From: Eledone cirrhosa
Lineage: Eukaryota
DNA length: 64,000 bases
Direction: 5' to 3'
Assembly (NCBI GenBank): GCA_964016885.1
Contig: OZ024741.1
Coordinates: forward strand, 289,354,001-289,418,000
Shown here: positions 13,081-27,679 of the stretch, one piece after another
How the letters are laid out: each line of letters starts with the position of its first letter
How positions within the stretch are numbered: the stretch's first letter is position 1
The notes under the pieces: generated by a model
Database searches by the model: none
Seen by the model: only the letters and a program-made list of their open reading frames with translations
Told to the model about the DNA's origin: nothing
Program-made: the position numbers and the translations under genes

Positions 13081-13391
13081 ATCACAGTATATATATATAC
13101 CTATATATACATGCATATATATATATACCTATATATATACCTATATATACATGCATATATAGGTATTAGAGGTCTAAATTAATTACGTCCGTAAGCAGTA
13201 TGCCAGGATGAGCACTCAATGCTCGTGGAGAGCAGAGTATGAATAATAATAATATATAAGGGAAGAAAGAATTAGTGTTTCATCATATACATATTTAATT
13301 ATATATTACATGTTTGCCTGTCGATCAGCTCTAGGAACGATCGATTAATGATGGATCCTGACTCTATATAATGCAAAACTGATTTTTTTCG

Positions 13392-13451
<60 letters not shown>

Positions 13452-13456
<5 letters not shown>

Positions 13457-14600
13457 TAAAATAACAGATTAAAGTTTAAGCAAAGAATCGCTGCTTTCAC
13501 CCTTAACGGGATCTTCTTCCCCACGTTATACCCTAACGGATAGCACGACCTATACGTGGATATTTTACGTCTTGATGTGGGAGCTAAGTATATGTTTTGT
13601 TTATTCCTTTACTTATTTGCATAGGTAAGTATATATTACCCGTATGTTTTGTGAAGGTATGTATACTTTCTCGTACGTATATTTGACTGTTATGGCGTAT
13701 AATTTTTACATAGTCTGGTATTTAGGGTTTGGCTATGTGTATACGGGAGTTTTGCGTCTGCGTGAGTATGCAGGTTCGTACGTATGGTGGGTGTGTGTAT
13801 ATGTGTACTTCTTGTTTTAGTTGACTTACGTCTCCGAACATTCGTGTATTTATATGTAGGTATGCGTGTGCGCTTGTTATATACGTATTTATTTACTTAT
13901 ATACGTTGATATAATTATTTATTTATTTGTACACAAGCATACACACACAAACACACATATTTATATGTGCGTGGTTTTGTATACCTATGGTAAGGGTTTG
14001 CGTATGCTTGTGTATGTACGTATCTGTTTGCATGTATGTATTTATTTGTTTCTATTACTTCTGTATTGTATTTATTTACTTTGTTCTTAACTCTGTAGCG
14101 GAGATTAATTTTAGTCTACGACTTCTGCTATACCATTTACGTGGTTTTGTCTTTGCGTGCTATTGTTCTCCACGCTCCACATATGACTTATTATCTTCGT
14201 TTTTTCGTTCATTGCCAGAGAACGTCTCTATGCACCACCTAAGAGAACATTAGTCTACGACCTCTTTTATACCATAAACGTGGTTCTGTCTTTGCGCGTA
14301 ATTGTTTTTCACCGCTCCTATTAATGACGTATTATTCGTTTTTTCCCGTTCTTTGCCAGCGAACGTTACCACGAACCAAAGTATCGTCTTCCTGTTGCAA
14401 CATTTTTTGAAATATCCAGTTCTGCGTTTACAGATTGACTTTGTTAGTTTCAGAAGATCCCGTTAAGGGTGAAAGCAGCGATTCTTTGCTTAAACTTTAA
14501 TCTGTTATTTTAATAATTTTTTGCTCTACGGTTCTTATATATTTGATATATATTTTCCTTATCGAGCCCTCTTTGGATTTTAGTCTTCAATGTTATTATT
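13452..14600 (+). mobile_element. Penelope-like element family A, longest copy (5' inverted arm, body, hammerhead, tail)
   Basis: 13452-13517 is the reverse complement of about 14452-14517; tail 14518-14590 then (TTA)n(TA)n; (TA)n on the left; no ORF of note. Confidence 0.8.
14430..14505 (+). ncRNA. Hammerhead-fold motif with variant core CAGAAGA
   Basis: acagattga..agttt-CAGAAGA-t-ccc(gttaa)ggg-t-GAAA-gca..tgc-TT-aaact..ttaatctgt; all three stems pair; copies at 5700-5775(-), 25053-25128(-), 25345-25416(+), and a partial one at 683-747. Confidence 0.6.
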
Positions 14601-14602
14601 AT

Positions 14603-14662
<60 letters not shown>

Positions 14663-15191
14663 GTATATATACACATGTATATATACACATCATAATTATG
14701 TTGATCCACATTTATGTTGCAAGAAACGTTGCAAGAAGTGATTATAAAACCTATATTAACCTTATATTAAGCTCAAATGATATCGGATCCGTTCTCTCTT
14801 CTTTCTCACTCTGAAAGTCTCTGAGCCATTATGCATGTGAGACCATTATGCATGTGAGAGTCATTGGAAATTTCGGCTCTACTGAAGCCAGTCCATGACA
14901 CCCAGGTTAGTATCTGCCAGGACAATAACTCGATTTCTTTTCTCAAGCCATATCCCCACACAGCCGCATTTAACTCATCTCACATATTCTACTAGATTCC
15001 AACACATGCTTATAACTACTCTCTGTCATAAGGTTTCGTTGCATTCCATGACAGAAAGAAAAAAAAACATTTAAATTAACAGTTTTGTTTCCGTGTTGGT
15101 CTGTCTCCTTACTTTGGAGGAAAATAGCTTTTGCCATTTCAATCTCATACCCACACCCATACAACATCTCATCAAAAGACTTTCCTGTTAA

Positions 15192-15235
<44 letters not shown>

Positions 15236-15240
<5 letters not shown>

Positions 15241-15338
15241 CGGAATGAATGGAGGAGAAGGCAATACACTTAAAAACAAACTTAGATGTAAAGTTTGTCT
15301 TTAAATGTATTGCCTTCTCCTCCATTCATTATGCTTAT
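15236..15338. repeat. Imperfect ~100-bp hairpin next to (TA)n
   Basis: ataagcggaatgaatggaggagaaggcaataca...tgtattgccttctcctccattcattatgcttat. Confidence 0.85.
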
Positions 15339-15657
15339 AATTGCTCTGCTTACCTTCTGCGTTTAACTGTCATTAAATATTAACCTTTCTAAATATTAAC
15401 CCCGTAAGGATGAGAGGTTAACTTAGCCTTTCATCCTTACGTGGTCGATAAAATAAAGTGCCAGTAATGTACTGGGTAATTGCTAGCCTTGTGCCAAAAG
15501 TAGAAACAATTAAATATTAACCTTTCTATAATATTTAACACTGCATCTCTAAGCATTTAGCACACTTCGCTTCGGCTATTGGCGTCTAGCATACTGTATC
15601 ACAATTGTTTCTCTCTCCTCCACTCTTATGATACATGTTTCTTCTTTGATATACACA

Positions 15658-15689
<32 letters not shown>

Positions 15690-15693
<4 letters not shown>

Positions 15694-15885
15694 GGTTTTT
15701 GATTTGGGCACAAGACCAACAATTTTGAGGGAGGGGAAAGTTGATTAAATCGACCCCAGTACATCACTGGTGCTTAATTTATCGACCCCGTAAGGATGAA
15801 AGGCAAAGCGAACCTCGATGGGATTTGAACTTAGAACGTAAAGGGAGTAACCCAATGCTACAAAGTATGATGTTCGACGCTCTAC
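15690..15885 (-). mobile_element. tRNA-derived SINE copy
   Basis: Same family as 2452-2987; a partial opposite-strand copy lies at about 15420-15510. Confidence 0.85.
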
Positions 15886-16281
15886 TAATTCAGACAATAA
15901 TACAAGGAGAAAATAGCAGCTATGCCGAGATTGGTTAAATAGAGTAAAGGACAGTAATTTAAAGAGAGTCCGCTCAGATAAGTAAATAGATAGGAGGAAG
16001 ATTAAAATGGTGAGAACCAAAAGCTTGTGAGACAGGTATTCATTCATTCGAAAAGACAGTTAAATATGCGGAAGATGGGAAAATATTGGTAGAGGAAGTG
16101 GTAATGCGTTTAAGAGAGATGATATGAAAACAAGATAAATTTCGGCAATAGAGAGGAGCATTTAGGAGGATAATGTTATAATGTTATAAATTAACAATGA
16201 CAGAGATTGTACAAATGATAGTGAGGATAGAGATCGAAGGAAATAAAGAAAGAAAGAAGGGGAAGTTAGTGTGTGGTGTGT

Positions 16282-16357
<76 letters not shown>

Positions 16358-17690
16358 CAGGCATAATAGGGAAGTGGGTTGGAAGAGACATTAGAAATGA
16401 GGAGTAGTTCTCTGTTTTTGATATGTATTCGGAAATCAAAATTCTGGCATTTATTTGATCATCAATATATTCCCCATTGTTTCGATAACCTTATTTCATC
16501 TGTCAGCAGACGTTTAAAGGCTTCACTCATAAAATTCCTTAGGTTTTGATGCGGAATTCTATTTCTAACTCAACTGATGTTAGTCTAAGTCCTCCAAAAG
16601 GATTTTCTGAACTTCTAAACAAGGATAACAAGATGTAAAATGTGTGAAGCAATATTTCACAGACTAATTCCTTTGTAGGACTTTCGTTACTTGCGCTATG
16701 TGAGAACAAGCTTTGTTGAGATAGAGTATAGCCTTTCTTTCTGTTCGATAAGGATAGATGTTTTGTTGCCCAATGATGTTTTCAAACGACGAGGTTATTA
16801 ACAGTAAGGATCAGTTATTGATGATTGATTGTTATTTAACTACTCATACTGAAATGTTCCTAGTATATCGACCCCATAATTTAACAGTAATATCCTCGGA
16901 TGCAGATCCCCACATGGCTGCTGGTCAGCTCTATAGTAATACTAAGCCATTGAGTACAAAAGAAAAAGACGTTGTGTATGTAATTCATTAAAGTAATGGC
17001 CGTCACGTTATCAACGAATCTCTATAGACAGGACATACGTAGAGTTGTTAGAACGTTGGATAGAATGATTTGCGGTATTTGTTCCGGCTCTCTTCTCTCT
17101 GAGTTCAACTCCTACCGAGGTCAACTCTGCTTTTCATCTATTCAAGGTTGATAAAAAAGTACCAGTCTAGCACTGGGGTCGAATCTTCCTCTATACCTCT
17201 TTATCACTTCCTTTCTTTCACTTTCTCTATCCTTCTCTGGAAGAAATTTTCTGTATTCAGATCTTAAAAATGAACTAGAAACGCCGTATGTCAATGTGAC
17301 GCATCGATAACTCCCTTGGGTGTTATGGGGCCATACCATACTATACCATACCATAGAGAGGTCAGGTTAATCTCTTTTTTAATAATAATGTTTTCAAGCC
17401 TTTTCAATTCGCGTAGGACAATTCTGTGGCTCACACTAAAATGGTGTAGCTTCAATACCAGCTTCTGTGCATTCACAGAGCTAGTTACCCGCCAAGGAGG
17501 AGATACGTTTTTCTGAAATGTAGGATAAGTTGAATCGCTGGTCTTTTTATGTGCACGGAAGAATATTTGAAAGTGCTTACATTTTAGTCTATATGTTTTT
17601 TCTGCTTAAATTGTGTCTACCTTAAATTTACCTTAATATTTTCAAATACACAACGTGTTCTAGAATAGTATTCTCATATATAAACACACA

Positions 17691-17755
<65 letters not shown>

Positions 17756-18173
17756 GATGATACATTTTATTGTTTTTAAATTTAAAAATACCGAACTGTT
17801 GGCATTTAACTATATACATTTTAAAGTAGCTATTGTTTTGGCTTTATAAAAGAGCATTATGATATACATTATTCAATTATCATCATCATCATCATCATCA
17901 TCATTATTATTATCATTATGTTATTTTATTCGTAGAATGGCTCGTCTCAGTGTTGTTGACAGCAATGGTGGTGATGTTGGTAATGCCTAGTGTTATTCGT
18001 TCTCAATGAAATCTTTGTTTTCATTGCAGCTTTTATAGGTGGAATGTTGTGATCTTTTGTGTATGGATGAGAGAGAAAACGTTGAGGGAATTCACGGAGT
18101 TTAAGAGAAATTAGTCTTAGGTAAATACATTAATATATATATATATACAGCCGAACGCACAAACACGCATAGA

Positions 18174-18263
<90 letters not shown>

Positions 18264-18402
18264 CACGCACACACACACACGCACACACTTATATATATGG
18301 GTATATACATATACATATATATATATATATATATATAAATATATTGTTTCAGAAACGAAATATATAAATATATATATACGTATATATACACATATATACA
18401 TG

Positions 18403-18445
<43 letters not shown>

Positions 18446-18495
18446 GGGATAACAAATTATCGTTATAGGTAGTCCAGTTAGAGTACTCCGAGTAG

Positions 18496-18539
<44 letters not shown>

Positions 18540-19014
18540 GTCCAGTCCGAGTAGTGGATATATATATATATGAAGTAACCATTTTTTCTTTCGGTGTACA
18601 GTTTCCTTCCCAAGGAAAAGTATTCTCTCGCTAATGAATAAGATACACCATATAATTTCACTTAAATATTTCTTTAATTTACTTATGCTTCGCTTCGACT
18701 GTAATATTTATTCCACTAATATTCTTCTATTGCAGCTTAGTTGTTGTTCTTCCGTATTGACTGATTAGTGATCCATTAAATTTACATTGCATTTATTAAA
18801 GTTTGAGGAGGAAGAAAACGAAGATTATTAAGCATAGGCAAAAACTACGTTACACATATTTCATAACGAAGTAAAATGGTTGGCAGTTCTTTTCAAATCA
18901 TGTCAAAGGAACGTAAATTTAAATTAACCTACAGATATTTAGATTCTTTAAAACAATAAAACAATTCCAACAACGCTACTTCGCAAGCCACTCATACACA
19001 CACGCCCACGTATA

Positions 19015-19125
<111 letters not shown>

Positions 19126-19288
19126 GTATACATATATATGTATATATACACATATATATATGTATATATGTATGTATATATATGTGTGTATATATATATG
19201 CATATATATATACAGATATATATGTGTGTATATATATATGTATGTATATATATATATATATATGTACGTATATATATAAGTATATATT

Positions 19289-19324
<36 letters not shown>

Positions 19325-19491
19325 TATATATATATAAGTATATATTTGTATATATATATATATATATGTATGTATATATATATGTATGTATATATATGTG
19401 TATATATATATGTATATATAATATATATATATATATTTATATATGTATATATATGTATATATATGTGTATATATGTATATATGTGTATATA

Positions 19492-19530
<39 letters not shown>

Positions 19531-19621
19531 GTATATATATGTGTATATATGTATATATATGTATATATATATAAATGTATATAGATATATATGTATATAT
19601 ATATGTATATATATGTATATA

Positions 19622-19707
<86 letters not shown>

Positions 19708-19912
19708 CGCATGTGCATGTAAATATATACGCTCATATATTTGTGTGTGTCTGTCTGTCTGTCTCTGTGTGTTTATCGGAAAATGAAAGATTTTGCTTTC
19801 CGTCTGTCGTCGCCATAACTTCACCCATTCTTCCGCCTTCTTCAAATCTCTGAAATTTTCCTTGTATTCCTATTGGCAAATGTACAGTATCGAATATACG
19901 CATAAATAATAT

Positions 19913-20005
<93 letters not shown>

Positions 20006-20257
20006 CATGCACGTATATGCACACACTTGTGCGCAAGCATGCATACGCAAACCTACACAATTAGAAACCAGAGATAGGACAGAGACACAACAAAAGGCTT
20101 CACTATAACATAACTACACATATTGTCATGAGAAAGGAACACACCACCAAATCAACAGTGATGCACATAATCAATATATCCATACGTACACACACGAATA
20201 TACATACTTATATACACAGATACATACACACAGACGCATTTACAAATATTTATGTAC

Positions 20258-20308
<51 letters not shown>

Positions 20309-20462
20309 TATATATAGAGAGAGAGAGTGAAAGAGGGAGAGAGAAAGAAAAGAGGGAGATAGATATAGATATATGTTCATATATATATATGTATGTATGT
20401 ATACATACATATGAACATATATCTATGTATCACTCTCCCTCTCTCTTTCTCTTTCCCTCTCG

Positions 20463-20555
<93 letters not shown>

Positions 20556-20685
20556 TATATGTATGTGGGTGTGTGTGTGTATATATATATATATAAGTAT
20601 GTATATTCGTGTGTGTACGTATGCGTATGGATGTATTGATTATGTGCATCGCTGTTGATTTGTCCTTTTTGATGACAGTATATAT

Positions 20686-20727
<42 letters not shown>

Positions 20728-21059
20728 ACATATATATATATATATATTAGATATACACTCATATATTGCCTAAGTATAATATATAGTCAATGCATTCCAT
20801 TCAGATGAAGGTCTATTATGTTGGAGACTTTCCTTCCACTTCCACGGAATAACACCATACCTAAACATTACTGAGAAATAGTGCCACTAACGAAGACCAC
20901 ACCCTTTCACATCACAATCCAACCCACCCTAAATTACCACACCCAAATAACATCACTATATACCACACCCTAAACCGCATTCTAAAAAAACATTACAAGG
21001 ACCACACCTAAGCACCACACCCTTACACCACATCTATATACCATTGTGTGTATCATCAC

Positions 21060-21250
21060 AAATGGCATAGTGATAAGGGTATTGGACTTACGATCATAAT
21101 GTCGTGGGTTCGATTCCTTGCCCGGTTTGTATGTTGTGTTTCTGAGCAAAACGCTTTATTCATGTTGCTCCAGTATGCTAAGCTGAAAATGTGTATCAGC
21201 AATAGCTGGGGGTTTAACCCTGCGATGGACAGGTGTCATGTCTTGTAATC
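21060..21250 (+). mobile_element. tRNA-derived SINE, second family (CORE-like body)
   Basis: A-box-like TGGCATAGTG, B-box GGTTCGATTCC, then ttgtgtttctgagcaaaac...gttgctccagta; matches 34871-35215 on the opposite strand. Confidence 0.8.
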
Positions 21251-21829
21251 TCTTGGCTCGAGACAGACTATAGATATATGAATATATACCACAGCATACT
21301 AAGGCGATTCATCAAAGAATGTCTACATGGTTGCCTAACCTGCTAATAATAACAGACAAATCTCCTATAAAGTACGCTCGACATCTTGGAAATGTAAACG
21401 TCTAGTAGTATTGTGCCGGATTCCAAATGCATTGGAATGCTTTCAATCATAAGTCTATTTAATCAGAACCACGTTTACATGTATATATGTTTTATTGTGT
21501 ATCGACGCGCGTTTCACTGAGTATTTATTGGTTGAAAGTCAGTCATCGAAAGTACATACCCGACTCCAGTATCGATTTGCTCGTCAAATTGGTGATTCAA
21601 TGAAAAATAAAGTTTGCTGAATCACCAGTAGGACGAGTAGATCCATACTAGTGTGGAAACCATAAGTGACATAGGTGACCTTGAGCTAATCATCTGCGAA
21701 ACGCACGTAACAGGTCGATTCACAATAAAAACATAAATAGCAAACGAAACATTTTTCTTATTATAATTAATAATATATATAATAAATAAATTTAATGATG
21801 CTTTGACACCTCGTTCCTACTCATCATTA

Positions 21830-22660
21830 TTAGTATGGACGCCATGCTTTGACGCAGAGTTACGGCCCTTGCCATTCTGAGTTCAAATCCCGTCAAGGTT
21901 AACTTTGCCTTTCATCCTCACGGGGTCGATAAAATAAAGTACCAGTAATACACTGGAATAATTGCTGGCCTTGTACCAAAAGTAGAAACAATTATTAGTA
22001 TAAGGGCGGTGAATTGGCAGTATCGGTAGAGGGTCGGACGCCATGCTTTCCAGCATAGTTATGGCCCTTTATGATCTGAGTTCAAATCCCGTCGAGGTTA
22101 ACTTTGCCTTTCATCCTTACGGGGTCGATAAAATAAAGTACCAGTAATGTACTGGTTATTTACTGGCCTTGTGCCAAACGTAGAAACAATTATTATTATA
22201 ATTATTCGGTTCAGAGGGGTGGATTGGCAGTATCGGTAGAGCGTCGGACACCATGATATGCATCATAGAGTTACGTCCCTTTAAGTTCTGAGTTTATCCC
22301 GCCAAGGTTTTCTATGCCTTTCATCCTTACCGAGTCGCACTGGGGTCAATTTTATCGACTTTCCCTTTCCCTTTAAATTGCTGGCCTTGTGCTAAATGTA
22401 GAAACCATTATTATTCGCTAGAGCATCGAACAACATCGAACAACATGCAGCATACGGCCCTTTCCCGCCGAGGTTAGCTTTGTCTTACATCGATAAAATA
22501 AAGTAGCAGTAATACACTGAGGGTCAATTTAATCGACTTTTCTATCCCCCAAAATTGTTATCAATCCAGCCGAGGTTAGCTTTCTTTGCCTTTCATCCTT
22601 ACGGGGGTCGATAAAATAAAGTACCAGTAACGCACTGGTGTCGATTTAATCGACTTTCCC
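21830..22660 (+). mobile_element. Head-to-tail array of about five SINE copies or fragments
   Basis: Repeated GAGTTCAAATCCC and CTTTCATCCTTACGGGGTCGATAAAATAAAGTACCAG. Confidence 0.85.
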
Positions 22661-22990
22661 CTCTCCTCATATAGGGAGGGAGAAGGCCAGCATATATATA
22701 TATATATAATTTAATTAATCCTACTTCCGTAATTTTCATTGACATATTGAACTTCTAATCTGATGTCGCTAAGCTCCGTCTACGTCTCATGTCATTTTCA
22801 CAGAAGTAAATAATCCAATGAAAGCCTTGTAAGAAATATCATCTCATTCATTTCTTCCTTCACCTTCTCTCTCTTCTTTCTTTTTTGATTCCCTCATATT
22901 TTCCTCTGCATCCTTTCCTCCCCTTCTTTCGTATTTCGTATATTTCTCTCCCCTCCTTTCACTATTCCCCCAATTCAACTTCTGATTCTG

Positions 22991-23775
<785 letters not shown>

Positions 23776-24036
23776 TCCTTTTCTTTTCTTATATGCCTCA
23801 TGCTCTATTTCTCCAGCCCTTACTTGCCCCTGCAGCATACAGGCGTAATGTTGGTGTTATTGTTGTTAGTGTTGTTGCGGTAGCTGCTGTTGTATAAGCT
23901 TCAGGTCATTCCTGATCAAACGATCAGACAGACAGACAGACAGACAGACAGACAGTATAGAGTGTAAGAAGTCGACCGAAGATCTAGCTAGGCACGAGCC
24001 ACATATCCATTGTTTTCTCCCCGCACAAACACACTC

Positions 24037-25015
<979 letters not shown>

Positions 25016-25040
25016 ATATATATATATATATATATATATA

Positions 25041-25530
25041 TTTATTAAAATAACAGATTAAAGTTTAAGCAAAGAATCGCTGCTTTCACCCTTAACGGGA
25101 TCTTCTGAAACTAATAAAGTCAATCTGTAAACGCAGAAGTGGATATTTCAAAAAACGTTGCAACTGGAGGAAGACAGGAAGACGATACTTTGGTTCGTGG
25201 AAACGTTCCCTGACAAAGAACGGGAAAAAACGAATATAATACGTCATTATTTGGAGCGGTGAAAAACAATTACACGCAAAGACAGAACCACGTTTAAGGT
25301 TTAAAAGAATTCGTAGACTAATATTCTCTTAGGTGTATGTACGTATTGACTTTGTTAGTTTCAGAAGATCCCGTTAAGAGTGAAAGCAGCGATTCTTTGC
25401 TTAAACTTTAATCTGTTATTTTAATAAATATTTGCTCTACGGTTCTTATATATTTGATATATATTTATCCTTATCGAGCCCACTTTGGATTTTAGTCTTC
25501 AAATTTATTATTATTATTATTATTATTATT
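25041..25530 (+). mobile_element. Family A fold-back copy whose (ATT)n tail hosts the LINE
   Basis: Inverted arm 25041-25335, sense arm plus tail 25345-25502 matching 14434-14590, then (ATT)n. Confidence 0.85.
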
Positions 25531-25666
25531 GACGAAAGTGGATGTACGTTTTTTGAAGCTCCGTGAGTAAGCAATTTTTGAGGATTAATTGTAGAGAATT
25601 GTTTATTTTTTGTACCGCTGAAGCATTATAAGACATTAATTTGTATCCTGTGAAGGAATAACTCAT

Positions 25667-25694
25667 AATATTTGGGCCTTTTGGCCCAAATATT
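25667..25694 (+). promoter_or_regulatory. Perfect 12-bp hairpin in the LINE 5' UTR
   Basis: aatatttgggcc-tttt-ggcccaaatatt; function is not shown by the sequence. Confidence 0.5.
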
Positions 25695-25739
25695 TGAACT
25701 TTATTTTGAAAAAAATAATAATTTTTTTCTCAAAAAAAC

Positions 25740-27650
25740 ATGGCGGAGCCACGCCCCCTAGAGGCGGGTCTGCTGTCGTGCAACGGCGACTTGAGCGTTG
25801 AGAGGAGAGGTGAGGCGAGGAGCGCCACCAGCACGAATGTGAGCAGCGACAGTGCCAGCACCAACGGGCCGAGCGGCGCGGAAGGTGGTAACAGCGACAA
25901 CACCAACACCAACAAGCCGAACAGCGCAGAAGGTGGTAATAGCGAGAGCACCAACAAAACGAACAGCACAGAGAGTAATAGTAGCGACAGCAGCAGCACC
26001 AACAAGGCCAACAGCACAGAAGGTAACCACGACACAGGGGAGAACAACAACAGCAATAGCAGCAGCAACACCAACAAGAACAACAACAGTGACAACACCA
26101 ACAAGAACACTTTCGCTGCTGTGGCAGCGGCTAAAAGGAGACCATGCTACAGCATCGACTTAACCAACAGAGAGGAAAAGTTGGCCCAGGCCTGGAAAAT
26201 CATAAACCAAGAGCAGACCTGGGCAAACTTAACTGTCCCGGCAGAAGCCATTGAGGCAGTGGAAAAAAGAACGGTGCATTTCAGATGCATCTCAGTAGAG
26301 ACAAAGAGGGCAGCGATAATCGCCCAAGCTGACATAGAAGCCGCACTGAAATACATCAGAGAGGACACAGACTTCATAGAGAGGGGCAGGCAATACGGCA
26401 CCGTTTCGGTGCTGTTCAAGTCTGAAGCCCTCGCTGTGAAGCATTCAATGACCCCTTGCAAAACCAGCAAGGTCATAATGTACCCCTCCCACATGGGAAA
26501 ACGAATAGCACGTGTGCGCATTCCCAGGATTCCACCAGGACTTGATATGTGGTGGCTCCTGGGTTGCGTAATCGTGGAAGGAACGGATACAGTCCCGGTA
26601 GAGGCAACGAGAACTGCCAGGGACGACTGGTCCGGGGTTGATCTGGAGATACTGCTCCAAATCAGACCCGAAAACGTAAAAACAATCCCGGACCACATCC
26701 GCCTCCAAAACGGGAGGGTGTTGCATATAATGACTGAGGGCAAAAGGCCGCATTGTTTCCTTTGTGGGGAAACGACACACTTGCGAGCCTTCTGCCCTCA
26801 ACTGCCGAAAAGCGCAAGGGGTCGAAAGATTCCACTGCTGGCGACGCCGGGACAAGGACCACCAGCAACACCGTCAACAATGGAACCACCAAAATTGCAC
26901 ACCCAGGGGGGAAACGAGGAAAGCTCTCCCATTCCCCCTCCCCCCCAAAATACACACACGAACAAGAACATAAACACTCACTCAGACACAAACACGCTCA
27001 CAGCCACAGACCCCTCATCCTCCAGCAGTGAAGATGAGGGAAAACCAAAGTCCCCCAAAATACAAAAAACAAAACACAAAAAAAAAAGAAATCCACAAAG
27101 CACAAACACCCCCACAAAAAAAAATACACACACCACCCACACAAACATTTTCCCCACAGCATCACCAACACAACCACCAAAATCCCCCAAACGCAAACAA
27201 GCTAAACAGACACAAGAACAAATAGACACACAAACATCAGAAACTACAGACACCCCACCCACAACAAACGCAGACACAATAGAAACAACACTAACAAAGC
27301 TATCACCACCACAATCACACGAACAAATAAAACCCGAGCAACAAAACATTAAAAACTTCGTGCTTGCCAGAAGGGCCAACAAGGAATTGATGGCCCATGT
27401 AGCACGAAGCACAAACATCGAAAAAGACGGGGAAACATTTGAAGCGAGCACATTTCGCGTACCAGATAATTTGCTTCTGATGCGAATGTCGCTCGCTTCA
27501 TACAAAGAAATTCGAAAGAGCTTTCCTCGGGATGTGGGAACCCCGAACGTAAAACCCACGTCAAGACTATTAAAGGGGTTCCCAAAAGAAACCCCACAAA
27601 CCATGGAGGTCGAACCACCCGACCTTCACAAGACCCCGGAAGGTAAGTAA
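25740..27650 (+). CDS. LINE ORF1 nucleic-acid-binding protein, 636 aa
   Basis: CCHC knuckle CFLCGETTHLRAFC, TFAAVAA motif typical of L1/Tx1 ORF1, low-complexity N-terminus and linker; directly upstream of ORF2. Confidence 0.9.
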   Translation: MAEPRPLEAGLLSCNGDLSVERRGEARSATSTNVSSDSASTNGPSGAEGGNSDNTNTNKPNSAEGGNSESTNKTNSTESNSSDSSSTNKANSTEGNHDTGENNNSNSSSNTNKNNNSDNTNKNTFAAVAAAKRRPCYSIDLTNREEKLAQAWKIINQEQTWANLTVPAEAIEAVEKRTVHFRCISVETKRAAIIAQADIEAALKYIREDTDFIERGRQYGTVSVLFKSEALAVKHSMTPCKTSKVIMYPSHMGKRIARVRIPRIPPGLDMWWLLGCVIVEGTDTVPVEATRTARDDWSGVDLEILLQIRPENVKTIPDHIRLQNGRVLHIMTEGKRPHCFLCGETTHLRAFCPQLPKSARGRKIPLLATPGQGPPATPSTMEPPKLHTQGGNEESSPIPPPPQNTHTNKNINTHSDTNTLTATDPSSSSSEDEGKPKSPKIQKTKHKKKRNPQSTNTPTKKNTHTTHTNIFPTASPTQPPKSPKRKQAKQTQEQIDTQTSETTDTPPTTNADTIETTLTKLSPPQSHEQIKPEQQNIKNFVLARRANKELMAHVARSTNIEKDGETFEASTFRVPDNLLLMRMSLASYKEIRKSFPRDVGTPNVKPTSRLLKGFPKETPQTMEVEPPDLHKTPEGK

Positions 27651-27679
27651 ACCTTTCCTCTCCCATTCATCCTGCCAGC

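Noticed and set aside
21060-21125. Apparent tRNA genes (A and B boxes), also at 31935-32005 and 35145-35215
   Set aside because: tRNA-derived SINE heads continuing into SINE body; no complete cloverleaf
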